DNA of 63,748 nt, counting the filler, from Sluysia triapertura (taxonomy: Eukaryota): NCBI GenBank assembly GCA_046118255.1. It is 5 parts of 5 records of this genome, joined end to end, with 100 filler letters (N's around TTAATTAATTAA, not from the genome) between each part and the next. Parts side by side here need not be neighbours in the genome. Positions count along the whole stretch, not along the records: positions 1 to 14,970 come from JBJNIA010242881.1; positions 15,071 to 26,143 come from JBJNIA010189331.1; 3 more parts are not named here. One strand, given 5' to 3'. Under the pieces are notes generated by a model. The model was not told the origin of the DNA. It did not search any database and saw only the letters and a list, made by a program, of their open reading frames with translations. This document shows, one piece after another, positions 12,462-24,461 of this stretch. The position numbers and the translations under genes were made by a program. Positions within the stretch are counted from its first letter, which is position 1. Each line of letters starts with the position of its first letter.

Positions 12462-12658
12462 TAAACTAACGTGACTGTTTATCAACGAATAAATATTTTG
12501 AAAAAATCTCGCCCAGAAAAAATTTATGTTAAATTGTTATAATAAATTGTGAAAAATTATAAAAATGTTGTCTATATTTATAGTTGTTTTAGTCTGACCT
12601 TGACCAGACTAAAACAAACAAAATAAAATATTAAAATTATAAAAGTCACGTTAGTTTA
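12462..12658. mobile_element. MITE-like element with 15-bp inverted ends and an internal 13-bp hairpin
   Basis: TAAACTAACGTGACT ... AGTCACGTTAGTTTA. Internal TTGTTTTAGTCTG/CAGACTAAAACAA at 12584-12617. Confidence 0.55.
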
Positions 12659-13234
12659 TAATAATGATTTTACAATTTTACAAATTTAAATATTAACAAT
12701 TTAAATACTAACAATAATTTAAAAATTTAAATAATTAAATAATAAAATCTTACATTCAATTATCCAAAACAAATATTAATTAATTTCCAGTATAAAACAA
12801 ATAATATATAAATTTAAAATATTATTATATAGTTTATAATATAAACATATATTCAATCATAGTCATAGTTATCAATATATATTCAATAATCATAGTTATC
12901 AATATATATATTCAATGAATCATAGATAGTCATAGTTGTTTACATCTTTCAATTTACTTCATTAATGCATTATTTCTAAAAGTAATTTTATTCTTATGTT
13001 CGGTTCGAAGAGTTCAAATCATTGTGTTAAGTCATTTAAAACTTTTCTGATAACTCAGATTTTCGGTCTTTATAGCTTTTCTATATATTTACGGAGAAGT
13101 TCCATTGCGTCACACATTATTAGAAAATATTTGCAGTTTCTCTACACATTAAAATTATTGAAACCGGATTTTGCTTGCACATTTATAAACATTTATTGAT
13201 TTGATGCACAAATATTTTATTTATTTCGTTAAAG

Positions 13235-13453
13235 GTGCCTCTTCCACTGGTAGTTCATCGTCCAATAGAAACAATAGTAATTCACAGTCATTGTCCAATA
13301 AGAAACGACTTCAGTCGACTTCCAATATTTCGAAATCAAAACTGAACGGAGTGTCATTGCGAAGATCCAATAATGCGAATAATCAGACTCGTCCTATTTC
13401 TATGGTGATTACGAATGAATGTAAAATATCTCCGGGTAATAACGATGATGGTG

Positions 13454-13508
<55 letters not shown>

Positions 13509-14238
13509 ACATGGAACTTGCGAAACAACAGAGAATACGAATAATAGGATTCAATATAATCGAAATTCAATCAGTATTGAAGAGTTTCAAGTTGATTTTA
13601 ATTTTATTAATAATTTAATTATAAAATCACACTATTCGTTATTACAACTACCTATAAAATTACAGGCTGCACTGTTTCTACGATCAGTTCTTCAAAATCA
13701 GATCAATAACAGTTTGGAGTTAGGTCAGTTATTTGTTCATCTGGCGCGCGCACAACCTTGCATTCGAGATTGTGTTGGGTGGACAAGAATCGAGTTAGAA
13801 CAATTTATCAGAAAAATGCCAACTTTGTTCGAGTTGACTCCTAACACGAGCAATCTTGATCAGTCGAACAATACAGGCTGGCGTGTTCGTTCTCGTAATC
13901 ATTCATTCAAGTTAATACAATCTACAATACCGCAGCGCTTGGAAACAGGAACAATGAAGACCAATGAGTTACTAGGCAATACTACTGTTGCAGATCAAGT
14001 GATTATATCACCTTCCTTAGATACAGCTGCTAATGTAGACGCAGTAACCACTATTGCAACTAACAACAACAACGGCGATCTGTTACCGGCTCGTGGAGCA
14101 CGTACTATCATCAATCATTGTGGAATCGTGTATCACGTGGCCAAACTATGGGGTATCATTGATCTAGGGCAGCATGAACATGTTTTCTTCGATGTATCTA
14201 TTTTCAAACATCTGAGTAATTTGGAAATACATTTCCAG
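13235..14238 (+). CDS. Internal exon of a LIN-66-like RNA-binding protein (Ser/Asn-rich region, winged-helix domain, start of cold-shock/OB domain)
   Basis: AG acceptor at 13233-13234 and GT donor at 14239, open for 1004 nt. Motifs AALFLRSVL...CVGWTRIELEQFI and GIVYHVAKLWGIIDLGQHEHVFFD are as recalled for LIN-66-like proteins. Poly-Asn comes from (AAT)n. Confidence 0.75.
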
Positions 14239-14539
14239 GTAAAAATTAACAATGTTTAATATAGTGTATTTGAGTATATTTGACTAATATAGTATATTAG
14301 TCTCTGATAATAAACTAAACTTCTTTAATATTGTTTCTACGTTATATTACTACTTAAACTTATCTGAAGATACAATCTTTTATTGACGTAAATTTCCTCT
14401 ATTAACATATTCTGCAAGTAATATCTTTTATAAGTTGTAAATATTTGAATACTCTCTAAAGAACTTTACATATTTCATGTAATAGCTAAATCTTTACTGA
14501 TATAAATTTCTTTAATTACAATCTGTATGATAATATATT

Positions 14540-14970
14540 AATTTATATTGCGCTCATATCTTCTACAAAGTAAGTACTCAAAAGCGCTTAAATTAAATCA
14601 TTCACCATAATATTTCTGAAACAGATACAACTTTGCCTTTTTCTTAAATATTTCATAATCTTCCAGTAATTTGACATTCTCTGGTGGTACTGGTTGTATA
14701 TTTTTGAAACATAAACGGTATACAACCTATCACCAGCTCTTATTATCACTGTGGATTTTGTATAGATTATTATTATTATGTCTCAATGAAATATTCATCT
14801 TGATTTCCAAATCTTTTTATTATTTCCAAAAGATATTCAATACTTCCGCAATGTAAGCGCATTTGTAAATTATTGTCATGATTTGGAATTCTTTTCTTGA
14901 TTTTATTGGCAACCAATGTAATTCTTTGAGATAGGGTGTTATATGAGATCTTCTTCCAACTTGGAGAATT
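14540..14970 (-). mobile_element. L2-clade LINE 3' fragment, copy 2
   Basis: Minus strand reads RRSHITPYLKELHWLPIKSRKEFQIMTIIYKC. It has an L2-type 3' end AAGCGCTTTTGAG...GAGCGCAATATAAAT. Confidence 0.85.
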
Positions 14971-15070
14971 NNNNNNNNNNNNNNNNNNNNNNNNNNNNNN
15001 NNNNNNNNNNNNNNTTAATTAATTAANNNNNNNNNNNNNNNNNNNNNNNNNNNNNNNNNNNNNNNNNNNN
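14971..15070. other. Artificial contig linker N44-TTAATTAATTAA-N44
   Basis: Identical 100-nt spacer with stops in all six frames, present four times. Confidence 0.97.
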
Positions 15071-15074
15071 TATT

Positions 15075-15107
<33 letters not shown>

Positions 15108-15227
15108 GCTATCTTGCCATCTTAAAAGCAAAAGCTAGTAAAAATGCAATAGATAAAAATATTTTGATAGCCTTTTTTAAAATTATTTCACAATTATTCG
15201 TAATTTTTTTAACACATAATTATTTAC

Positions 15228-15667
15228 CTTTTCAGTGTTCGGTAAAGATGTTAACACTCTTCGCAAAACTTCTCCACTCGCTGCATCCATTGTATCGATA
15301 CAGAATTTCTGGGTATTATTTTCACATTCGTATTGTTGTTGTTGCTGCTGCTGCTGTAAATCGTCGTGTATAAAACCCATAAGTGTCTTAATTTCTCTTA
15401 ATATGTACACTGATAATCGCCTTATTGTACTGCGATACTGACACAACATAACCAAACAAAACCCTTCCACTTCATCTAACAAAGTCTTATCAAGAGCTTT
15501 AGAACACGTCTTCTTTGACGAATCTTTATCGCAGCATTGGTTCGATGTAGGTGGATTACACAGTGCGGTTTTCCAAGCATTTATCAAGTGATAGATTACT
15601 TTCAAACTACTTTCTAATTGACTGGTAGAATTGTCGGGGATTTCTTTCTGTACGAAGTTCAAAAATG
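15228..15667 (-). CDS. fry: Furry (FRY/Tao3/MOR2-PAG1 family) internal exon
   Basis: AG acceptor at 15669-15668 and GT donor after 15228. TFLNFVQKEIPD...LESSLKVIYHLINAWK...LDEVEGFCLVMLCQYRSTIRRLSVYILREIK matches recalled FRY sequence and splices in phase with the upstream exon. Confidence 0.9.
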
Positions 15668-16075
15668 CTACAAAAACGTAATAATAATCATAATAATTAA
15701 TTAAAAAATTATAAGATTAAAAAATTAATGTCCTTTTAACTATTACTTAATTAGTCGGCGTATAATTCCGTATTGTAAATCTTGTTCATTAGTAAACTTG
15801 CAATATACTGTATAAACTTCCGCCTACTACAAAAGTAGGTATGCATTGAACACCATGCGAGTCCATTGGACCAATAAAATAACAAAGTTTAAACCAATCA
15901 TATAAATAAACACATTGATCTGCTATATAAAAAGGGAGGAAGTAAAAACAATTTCCATCTAACATATTACTAGAAAATAACTAGTATAGAAACTTCAAAT
16001 TCTGCAGTTTTACAATTATTTAAAAATTACTTTAAGAGAATGAAATAATTTTACAACATGGAACAAAACACTGAC

Positions 16076-16284
16076 TTTGTAAAGTCTTATAACGCCAATT
16101 TGGAAATTCTTGCATAATATTTATTAAATCTTGATGTGCCAACGTTCGCAGTTCTTCATCGACATGAATTGTTAATCGAGCCAGCATTTCTACTAAATCC
16201 GATTTCGACATGTCAATAGGCAACAGTCGTGGTATAGCTGAAACACAGGTTTTCAATAATTCGATTTTCGGTTTTCGTTCAGAA
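16076..16284 (-). CDS. fry: Furry internal exon
   Basis: SERKPKIELLKTCVSAIPRLLP..MSKSDLVEMLARLTIHVDEELR resembles FRY [22 protein letters not shown]. Canonical AG/GT, with a 408-nt phase-1 intron to the next exon. Confidence 0.92.
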
Positions 16285-17859
16285 CTAAAAATAAATACAA
16301 GTAATGAAGTATAGATCTATTTATATGGATGCTAAAATATGCTGGATTAAAAAATATGAGATTAATTTTTAATTTTAAAGAATTATAACCTAAAGTTTTA
16401 TAAAGTTTACGAATAAAAGTTTGCAAATAATTGTATAAATTCTAGGGCTGTTCCCGATGCACTGGATAAATTTTCTGCACCGGTTTTTGATTTAGGTGCA
16501 CCTGATTTTATCTTATGAACATGATCAATAAATAAATGACAGTATAATAGTCTTAAAAATCATGAATTTTCATCCTTCTTGAATATTTTTTGAAATAAAA
16601 TTTATAATATTTACAATAAATTTCTAATTGGGAAATCAATGTCTCATTTTGGAATAATAGTTGTTCGTAGGTGTTTCATTATATAGTATATAATATACAT
16701 ATATAGTATAATATATATCCAACGAAATTCATAACGTTACGTTGTAATTTCATTCTTTTTTATTGTATTATATTTAACTGAATAATGCAATATTATGAAA
16801 TAGTGCTGTTCCCTGCACACCGATGCAATAAAATCCTTCAAAGTCCCAGCTTTATTGAAAACCATTTGAACTCATTATAATCTTTAGATTTTCTCTAAAG
16901 TAAATTTCACTAGTATTACATCATAAGATAATAATTAGCTAATTAACAAAATAATAAAAAAAACTTATTTTTTACCTTAAAATAAGGTTTTTAAAAATAA
17001 AATAGAAATGATAATAATAATAATTTATACAATGATGGAATTCCGAACAATAGAGATGATATAGCAAGAATTAATAAAAAAACAGAACAAGGAATTTTAT
17101 TTAAAATTTCATTATAATTATTATAAGCATCCAAACAATGTTTTAAACCAAAAAAATGAATTAATCTTTTAAGGTTAGCAGTGTTTGCTCACCCAGCAGT
17201 CCCATTGGAGTGCACAGTAAAAGAGATAATGCTTATTGATATCTTGTTGTACGACTATTTTGGGAACTTCTATTTATTGATTTTTATGAACAAAATTGGC
17301 ATTAACACGTTAATTTCGGTAAAGAAATGGTGGCGCTTAAGTTACAATTGCAGTTTATTAATTTAAACATAATATCAAATTTATATTTAAGATTTTCATT
17401 TTACGGAAATTTTTTGAAACTGTAGAAGTTCAAACATGAAGATGAAACAGTGAATGATTGAATGTGGATTAATAGTTTTGTATAATGTTTGATATGATAT
17501 GTGATGTATTTGATATGATGAATTGATGAGGTTTTGAATTTGATTAAAGTAGGCTTAGTGTTGAGTGGAACTTATTTGAGAAGTAAAATTGAATATTTTG
17601 GTTGAAGATCTATCAATATTGTTTTAGGTTTCAATTTGCACTTAACTGCTGTTGATTGCCTACTAATAGAGAAGTATTGGTTGTCTTGTCGTAGTTAAAC
17701 TTAAGGACATAGTATGAAGCGGAATAGGGTTTTTCAGCGCTAGCCAAACGTATTCACTTTAGCGATTCCTTTAGAAGTTTAAATGTAAAATGAATTATTG
17801 TGGGTTGGTACGGTGTCAAGACTAGATAAGTAATCTCGAAGATGTGATTAAACTATTTT

Positions 17860-18660
17860 TTCTTTGGAACTTCGGCGTCAAGAAATTCATGTGGCATGCG
17901 AGTTTAATTTAGGCTATAGAATATTCCTCCATCGAAGTAATATTAACAGTAATGTGTCGGACCAATTATGCTTTATAGATAAGGAATACAAAGAACTTTT
18001 TACAACGCGGTGAAAACGCTCTGACATTCTATTGAGTTGTGGGTGATAAGCAGTTGTTTTGAGTCTCGAGCATATCCTAAACATTGAATATTTGGACTCG
18101 AATGGGTTCTTTCTGCTCTGATGGAAGGATGGAAATTAAGTGTAAAATTATCTGAATAAGTCTTATTTACCACTGCGATGGACAACTAGTGGCTCAATAT
18201 ATTTTTTTATATCCAGGAATCATATTTTGAAAATTAACGAATATTCTACAAGGTTCGTAGAATAAAATATATTGAGCCACAAAGTATTTTGAAAAAAGCA
18301 TAATGTAAGTTTCGTTTACCATTGGATGACGATTTTAGTACGTCAATCGAATTTGGTACTACAACTAATTTTTGTACGTCAGATGATTTAGGTAAATTTG
18401 TTATTGTTTTATCAACTTGGATATGAGACATTGCAAACGAAAATGATGCGAATAAAAGTACGCCTCATATTTATACAAATTTTTTGTATGTGTATTCACG
18501 AACAGAAAAAAATGTATATTCCATGTGCGTACGCAAACAATAAACAAATGATTTAGTCCTTTCTTTGTTAATGTGTATGGATAGAAAAATTTATGTGTAT
18601 ATAAATAAGTATAAGAAATCATTTCGTCATGATGGCAAATATTAATTAAAAAGGTCATGT
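17860..18660 (-). pseudogene. Degenerate intronless orphan gene divergent from the Polinton polB remnant
   Basis: Three consecutive protein-like minus ORFs (18401-18658, 18246-18431, 18000-18185) broken by frameshifts and stops. Confidence 0.4.
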
Positions 18661-18720
18661 TTTAAATGATATTAGTCGTTTAAAATATAATCAATTGAAG
18701 CCGAAATTGTATGAATGCAA

Positions 18721-18774
18721 ATTGGTTATTGTGACAAGTGGTAAATGCAGAATTATGAAGTTTAAGTAACCAAT
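18721..18774. promoter_or_regulatory. Inverted CCAAT pair between divergent genes
   Basis: ATTGGTTA ... TAACCAAT, positioned between the minus-strand orphan and plus-strand polB. Confidence 0.3.
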
Positions 18775-18919
18775 AGAATATGTATCGTGTCCATTTTCTG
18801 ATAGCATGAAGTCGTCAAATGAGATAAGTTAGAAGAACACATATAGTTATGACTTATTACCAAATCAAAAGAAATAAATTAAACTAATTACGAAAAATAA
18901 TTTTCAGTTAAATATTATG

Positions 18920-19545
18920 ACCATTCATCTTGTAATAAATGTAATTTAAGTAGAAAAAATCGTCAAACTTTACTTGTAATATTTCATAATTTACGTGGAT
19001 GTGACATTCATTGGATGAATTACTTATACTAAATCATTAAAAATTTATAGATAGTTTTCATTTTACCAGCATTTTAGAAAATTTAATTAGCGCGATATTT
19101 GCATTACCAATAACTAGTAAAGTATTTTCAAATGGTTTAGCAAAATCAAAAGTTATTTTTCCGTATCAAATGGCTACTTCATTCTGCGTACTACAAAATA
19201 TCAAATCATTAGAAACAAAGTGAAATAATGATATAAGTGATGACGATTATAATAAATCATTAAAATATGGCAAGAATTAAATTGTGATAATTAATTTGAT
19301 TATGTGATATATAAATGAAGATCATTTAGATCCAGTCAACTTTTTATCATTACCTTGCTTAAGTTGGGCATCAATACTTAAATCAGTTATTGGTTTTAAC
19401 TGATCATGATATGATTAGTTTTTAGAAAATGGTGTATGAGATGAAATTACATTCATCAACAAACATTATGCAAGAGCTGTTAATAATACTAGTTTATTGT
19501 ATATAAATATTAATAATTTACAGGGCTTTAATGGATTTTAATAGA
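18920..19545 (+). mobile_element. Polinton/Maverick (adintovirus-like) protein-primed DNA polymerase B remnant
   Basis: Ordered motifs across frameshifts: CNKCNL, VIFHNLRGCDIH, LKFIDSFHF, SKVIFPY, ISDDDY, LDPVNFLSLPCLSWASILK, LTDHDM, FLENG, KHYARA, LLYININNL. These match the recalled Maverick pPolB consensus (FHNLxGYD, DSxxF, KGxFPY, LDPAHYxTAPGLSWDAMLK, GIRGG, YLDxNNLYG). Confidence 0.85.
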
Positions 19546-20242
19546 TTTATGATGTAAATAAATTAATTGTAAATTTACCAAATACAATCACAGTAAATTG
19601 TCACATTTGAATTTACACTTTTATGCTATGTTTATTATTAAAGTTTTGTTTGTTTACCGATATCAACTTGTTCATTTTTAGTTTGAACCAGATTTCTTTT
19701 TATCATCTTTTAACTTTAATTTGAATAAATTTTTTACTGATGACATTAATAACTCCAAATATTGTTTAGCTTCTCTTAATAAATTTCCATATTTCTTCAA
19801 CCCGATTACAATTTCTCACTCGAAAGTATATTTATTGAAAAATACAATAAAAATTTTTGCCCATCAAAATAATTTTATCAATTTTTTATAATATTCAACT
19901 AAAATAAAAGCTTTAAATTGATAACATGTTACGAATACATTACATATTTAAATTTTAAAAATACAATTATAAAATAATTTATTATTTAAAGTAATTTTGC
20001 GTGCACCATGCACGAAAATTCATCCAATAGATGGTAGGTGAATGCACTTCAAAAAGTCTGTCTACAAATGTAGACAGAAATGTCTATTAGAATTAAAATA
20101 AACATGATAAATAATCATCAAATAAACCTTTATCAAACAAATTTGAATTTAATAACATGATTTTGTTGAAACATTTAAAACTTGTAAAAAAATTAAATTT
20201 ATATAATTTTAACTTTTCATAAATTTATTAATTAAGGATAAC

Positions 20243-20467
20243 ATGGGGAAAATTAATTCCAATGTTTGTGCTAACAAAAAAATATCACCAATACCAACTA
20301 ATATTGAACAAGAAAATAATTCAATATCTTTCGGGTATGAAAATAAATGTGAAAAACAAAATGATTATGATGTAGATTTAAACGGTGGTATTAATTATGA
20401 AGATAATTATGATAGAGGTAGTGATGATGATGATAATAATAATAATAATAACAATAATAATAATAAC

Positions 20468-20511
<44 letters not shown>

Positions 20512-20665
20512 CATAAAGCTATACAATATAAATTCTTTGTGCACCGAAAATTTATTTATATTTGTTCCTGAATTTTGTATACGCCTAAAAATGATTATAT
20601 TATGTGCAAAATTAAACAAACCGATATTCCAAGTGAAGATTTACCAATGTTTTCAAACAAGTTAG
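20243..20665 (+). CDS. Possible orphan ORF/exon with (AAT/AAC)n poly-Asn
   Basis: 140-aa ATG-initiated ORF. The flanks of the repeat are hydrophilic and protein-like. No family recognised. Confidence 0.25.
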
Positions 20666-23600
20666 CACATGAAGAACTTCATCTAACATTGGAATATTTA
20701 ACAATAATCTAAATAATATAAATATTACATTTTCTATTTGCACATTCAAAATTGTATTAATTAAATTTAAATTTAAAATTAATTCATACATTATTTACTC
20801 CATTTTTATGTTTATTTATCGTGGAATTTTTTAAAATATATTTTAAAAAATCTTCCAATTTTTCGTAATATAATATTAAATTTATTTTGCTATGTTTTTC
20901 ACTTAATCTTAGTGCAAAATAATTTACTAACGACACTGGGTTCACGTAGACTACACGGTTTGCAAGGTGTTTGAAGCTAAGTTTATCTAAGCTGATTGAT
21001 ACAGATTTATTTTACGAGATAAGATTGTGCATCTGTAAGAGTAAACTGAGTTTAAAAATAATATAAAGTTTAATATAATAACACAAAAAGTAAATATTAA
21101 TAATATCAGGCATTTTGACATAATATAAAATTACAATTTAAAAGATAGTTTGAAACTAGCTTTAAATTAGTTCTGAAAAATAATTAATCCATTAAAGAAA
21201 GATGAAACTTATATAAATAAATCTTAATATTCATTGAAAATGATTGATTTGCTTCATCCGCAAATGTCGTTACTTTCTTTGTAGAAGATACGAACAAAGT
21301 TATAAGATCGATCTCATATGATAAATTTCGATAGCGTCAGCGGGATACGCACAGTAAGATTGATTAATAGTTTTATAGTTTAAAGTCGTAATAAAATTTT
21401 TCTGTTTAAATTCTTTTTTAAATAATTGTTACGATAAAAGTTTTCAATATAATTGTTTTAGAATTTCATCATTTATTATTCTGGTCGGCACAATTTTATA
21501 AAAGAGATAAAATGATGCTTGAAATATAATGAAATAATAAATAACTAACAATTTATTTAATGAATCCAAGTAATTTTTATCACCTTTACCATCTCGAAGT
21601 AAAATTTCCGATTTTTCTATTAAACTTCTGCAAACCTACATTGTCATTATTAATTATTAACATTTTATTAATATCATTTATTATTATTATTATTAACTCT
21701 TTAAGTTTCGCTACTCTTTCTTACAAAAGACACTTTTTCAATGATTCATCCACATAACAATACACACATCTAAAACTTTTGACACACCTTAATTCCTTGA
21801 TCATTGTTATTATCATTTTGATAAACTTTAATTTCTATCTCCAAATGAGTAATTAAAATTTCTTACGATTAATTTTTATATCTCTTTTAAAATAAATATC
21901 GAAAGAGTTTTAATTATTTTCATTATTAATCTTTTTCAATTTCATTATTACTTTTGTTAATGCTACTAAGAAATAATGCTATTCAAATAATTTATGCTAA
22001 CTTTTTCTTGTTAAAATTGTAATTTTCGAAAAAGTAAAGTTAAATGATGATTTTAAAGTTTTAACGAAAATATTATTTAAACTAAGTCCAGATTTAGTAT
22101 TACTAATTGTGTAGGTCTGATAAAAAAACATAATTATGTCGATTGACATTATTTGTCAGGAGAATTGGCATAAACACATGTTGATAATCATGATTATAAA
22201 CATTTAAACAATTTTTCTTTTGCCATCATTATAAAAATATGATTAAAATTTTGTTTTTAATTTATATTTGTTTAGTTTTTATTTATTGAATTAAGTTGTG
22301 AATTTAACATAACACAAATTCGGCTTTTAATTCAACTAATTTTAAAATATTAAGACCAAAAGATACAAGTAAACTTATAGAAAAGATCATAATAAAAATT
22401 ATCAAAAATTTAGACACAACTAGATCAAGAATACAAGATTTAGGTTATAAATCACAAATCACATAAATTTGTAAAAGAAATTATAAGAAAAACTTTAAAT
22501 TATTCAGATACAGGAGCAAAACAATCAGAGTATACTTTTACTATTAAATTCATGGTCAACGTCTTAAGCATCCTACATTACTGAACAACGTAAAATCAAT
22601 ATAGAAATCCATAATGAATACACAAACAATTTACATTATTTTCTTTGCTACATAACTAGATGGTAGATTTATTATGATGAACTTTGATTTATGTTTGACT
22701 GTTTTCATTTTCATACAAGATAATGACTAATAGATAAGAGAAATTTAAATAAACAAAAGTAATTATTTCATTGGTTACATTTATTTAAATAATTTGCTGA
22801 CGTTTTTAAAATAGTATACAGTGTGATGTACTCTAATAATATTCTTATATTTGTATTTATAATTTTCTAATAATTGATACTTTGTGAATTATAATTGTTA
22901 AATGAATGTTTCAAATGTTAATGAATAGTATGTTAGTACAAAAATCGTTAAATGTTAAACGAATGATAATGCACGTTTGAATTTTAATAAATAAATAAAT
23001 AAATATTAGAAATTTTTTCTGAATTAGAAATGTTGTACATGTATGTAATTTACAACAAATAATACGTATGTAGTGATGTTGAAAGTAAATTGCTGTTGAA
23101 CAATTGTAAATAGTATAAAAATTTCGAGAACACGAATTAAAATTGTATGTATGAATAGTACATAAATTAATATTGAATAATTTTGCTAATAATAATAATA
23201 ATTTTCCATGCCAAAATGAAAGTAATAATTTTGTACATAATCATAAAATTTAACATGTAATTATTAAATTATTAATTTTATGTAAATAATCATGTTAAAT
23301 AATTAAAGTAATAATATGAAGGAAAGTAATAAAAAATGAATTGTGTATGATTAAATTTGTAAATAGCAAATAATATATAAGCACCTAATATTTTATCATA
23401 ACAAACAATATAAAAATTTTTGTAACAGAAAAGGTTTTTTTAGTTTTAAGAAAAAAAGTATCGAACCAAACCTTCAGAAAAGAAAATCGATTTTGTACGA
23501 ATATGAGTTATTTTAAGTAAATTGAATAAAAAGTTATTTGATAAATTTATACTAAGTCATTCAAAGATATAAGAGAAAAAGTGTTTCAACTAATATCAGA

Positions 23601-23918
23601 TTAAGATTTAAATCACATTATGATTTCAGAATTAACAATTATAAAAATAAACTTTGAGTAATTTGTGTTAAAAGAATTAGAAGAGAAAGTTTAGACGAAA
23701 ATTAACTCAAACTTATAATCAACCAAAAGTTATAAATCGATATAAATCGATTATTTAGTTGTGTTTTCATTTATTGTTCTTAAATATAATAAAATGTCAA
23801 AAACACAAAAATTATTTTAATTGAAAAGAAATTAAAAGTTTATTTCAAATTCTATTCGTCAATTTAGAGCAAGTAAAGTCAACCAATGACGAGTAAAATA
23901 AATAACTAAATGACTTAC

Positions 23919-24088
23919 ATAGTCTATAGAATCTTCTAAAGGATCTTCAAGCAAGCAAATTATCCAACTTTTAATAGCACTGACCAATAACGGTAATGTT
24001 GTAGCTTGCACAGAAAATACCGGAACCATACTAATCCCAAGAGCTATTGAAGCAACTTGAGCTGCAAATCGTTTATCTACCGGGCTTG
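23919..24088 (-). CDS. Internal exon of an unidentified helical protein
   Basis: TTTTAG acceptor and GTAAGT donor. Open frame SPVDKRFAAQVASIALGISMVPVFSVQATTLPLLVSAIKSWIICLLEDPLEDSIDY, with elevated GC. Confidence 0.65.
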
Positions 24089-24396
24089 CTAAAACAATAA
24101 TAATAATATATTTTTATTGTTTTACGTTATTCATGTAAAATTTGCGTAATAAATCGAATAAACCCTATAATTAAAACTTTATAACAGTGTTATTTTAATA
24201 TTACAATCACTTTAAACATTTACCATTTGAAACAATATTTCACACAAGAAATCATTTAATTATAATAATCATTATAATTCATTATTATTATAATAAACTG
24301 AGAATAGCTTTATTTTAATATTTCAATTAATTCGATATCAAATTTAATCGATTATTAATAATACAATTTATATTGATTTATTTTAAATTAACCTAC

Positions 24397-24461
24397 TTTG
24401 TTTTATTTTCCACATATTTATAAAACATTCCATCACTGTTATTCGTATGTCTCCGTTGTAT
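24397..24461 (-). CDS. Small exon likely upstream of 23919-24088
   Basis: TTTTAG acceptor and GTAGGT donor. YNGDIRITVMECFINMWKIKQ splices in phase 1 to the next exon. Confidence 0.4.

Noticed and set aside
15015-15026. TTAATTAATTAA as a biological motif
   Set aside because: It is always centred in exactly 44+44 Ns and is an assembly spacer.
16444-17220. Harbinger-like element (GGGCTGTTCCCGATGCAC end; ALFHNIA fragment)
   Set aside because: The evidence is too fragmentary and no matching second TIR was established.
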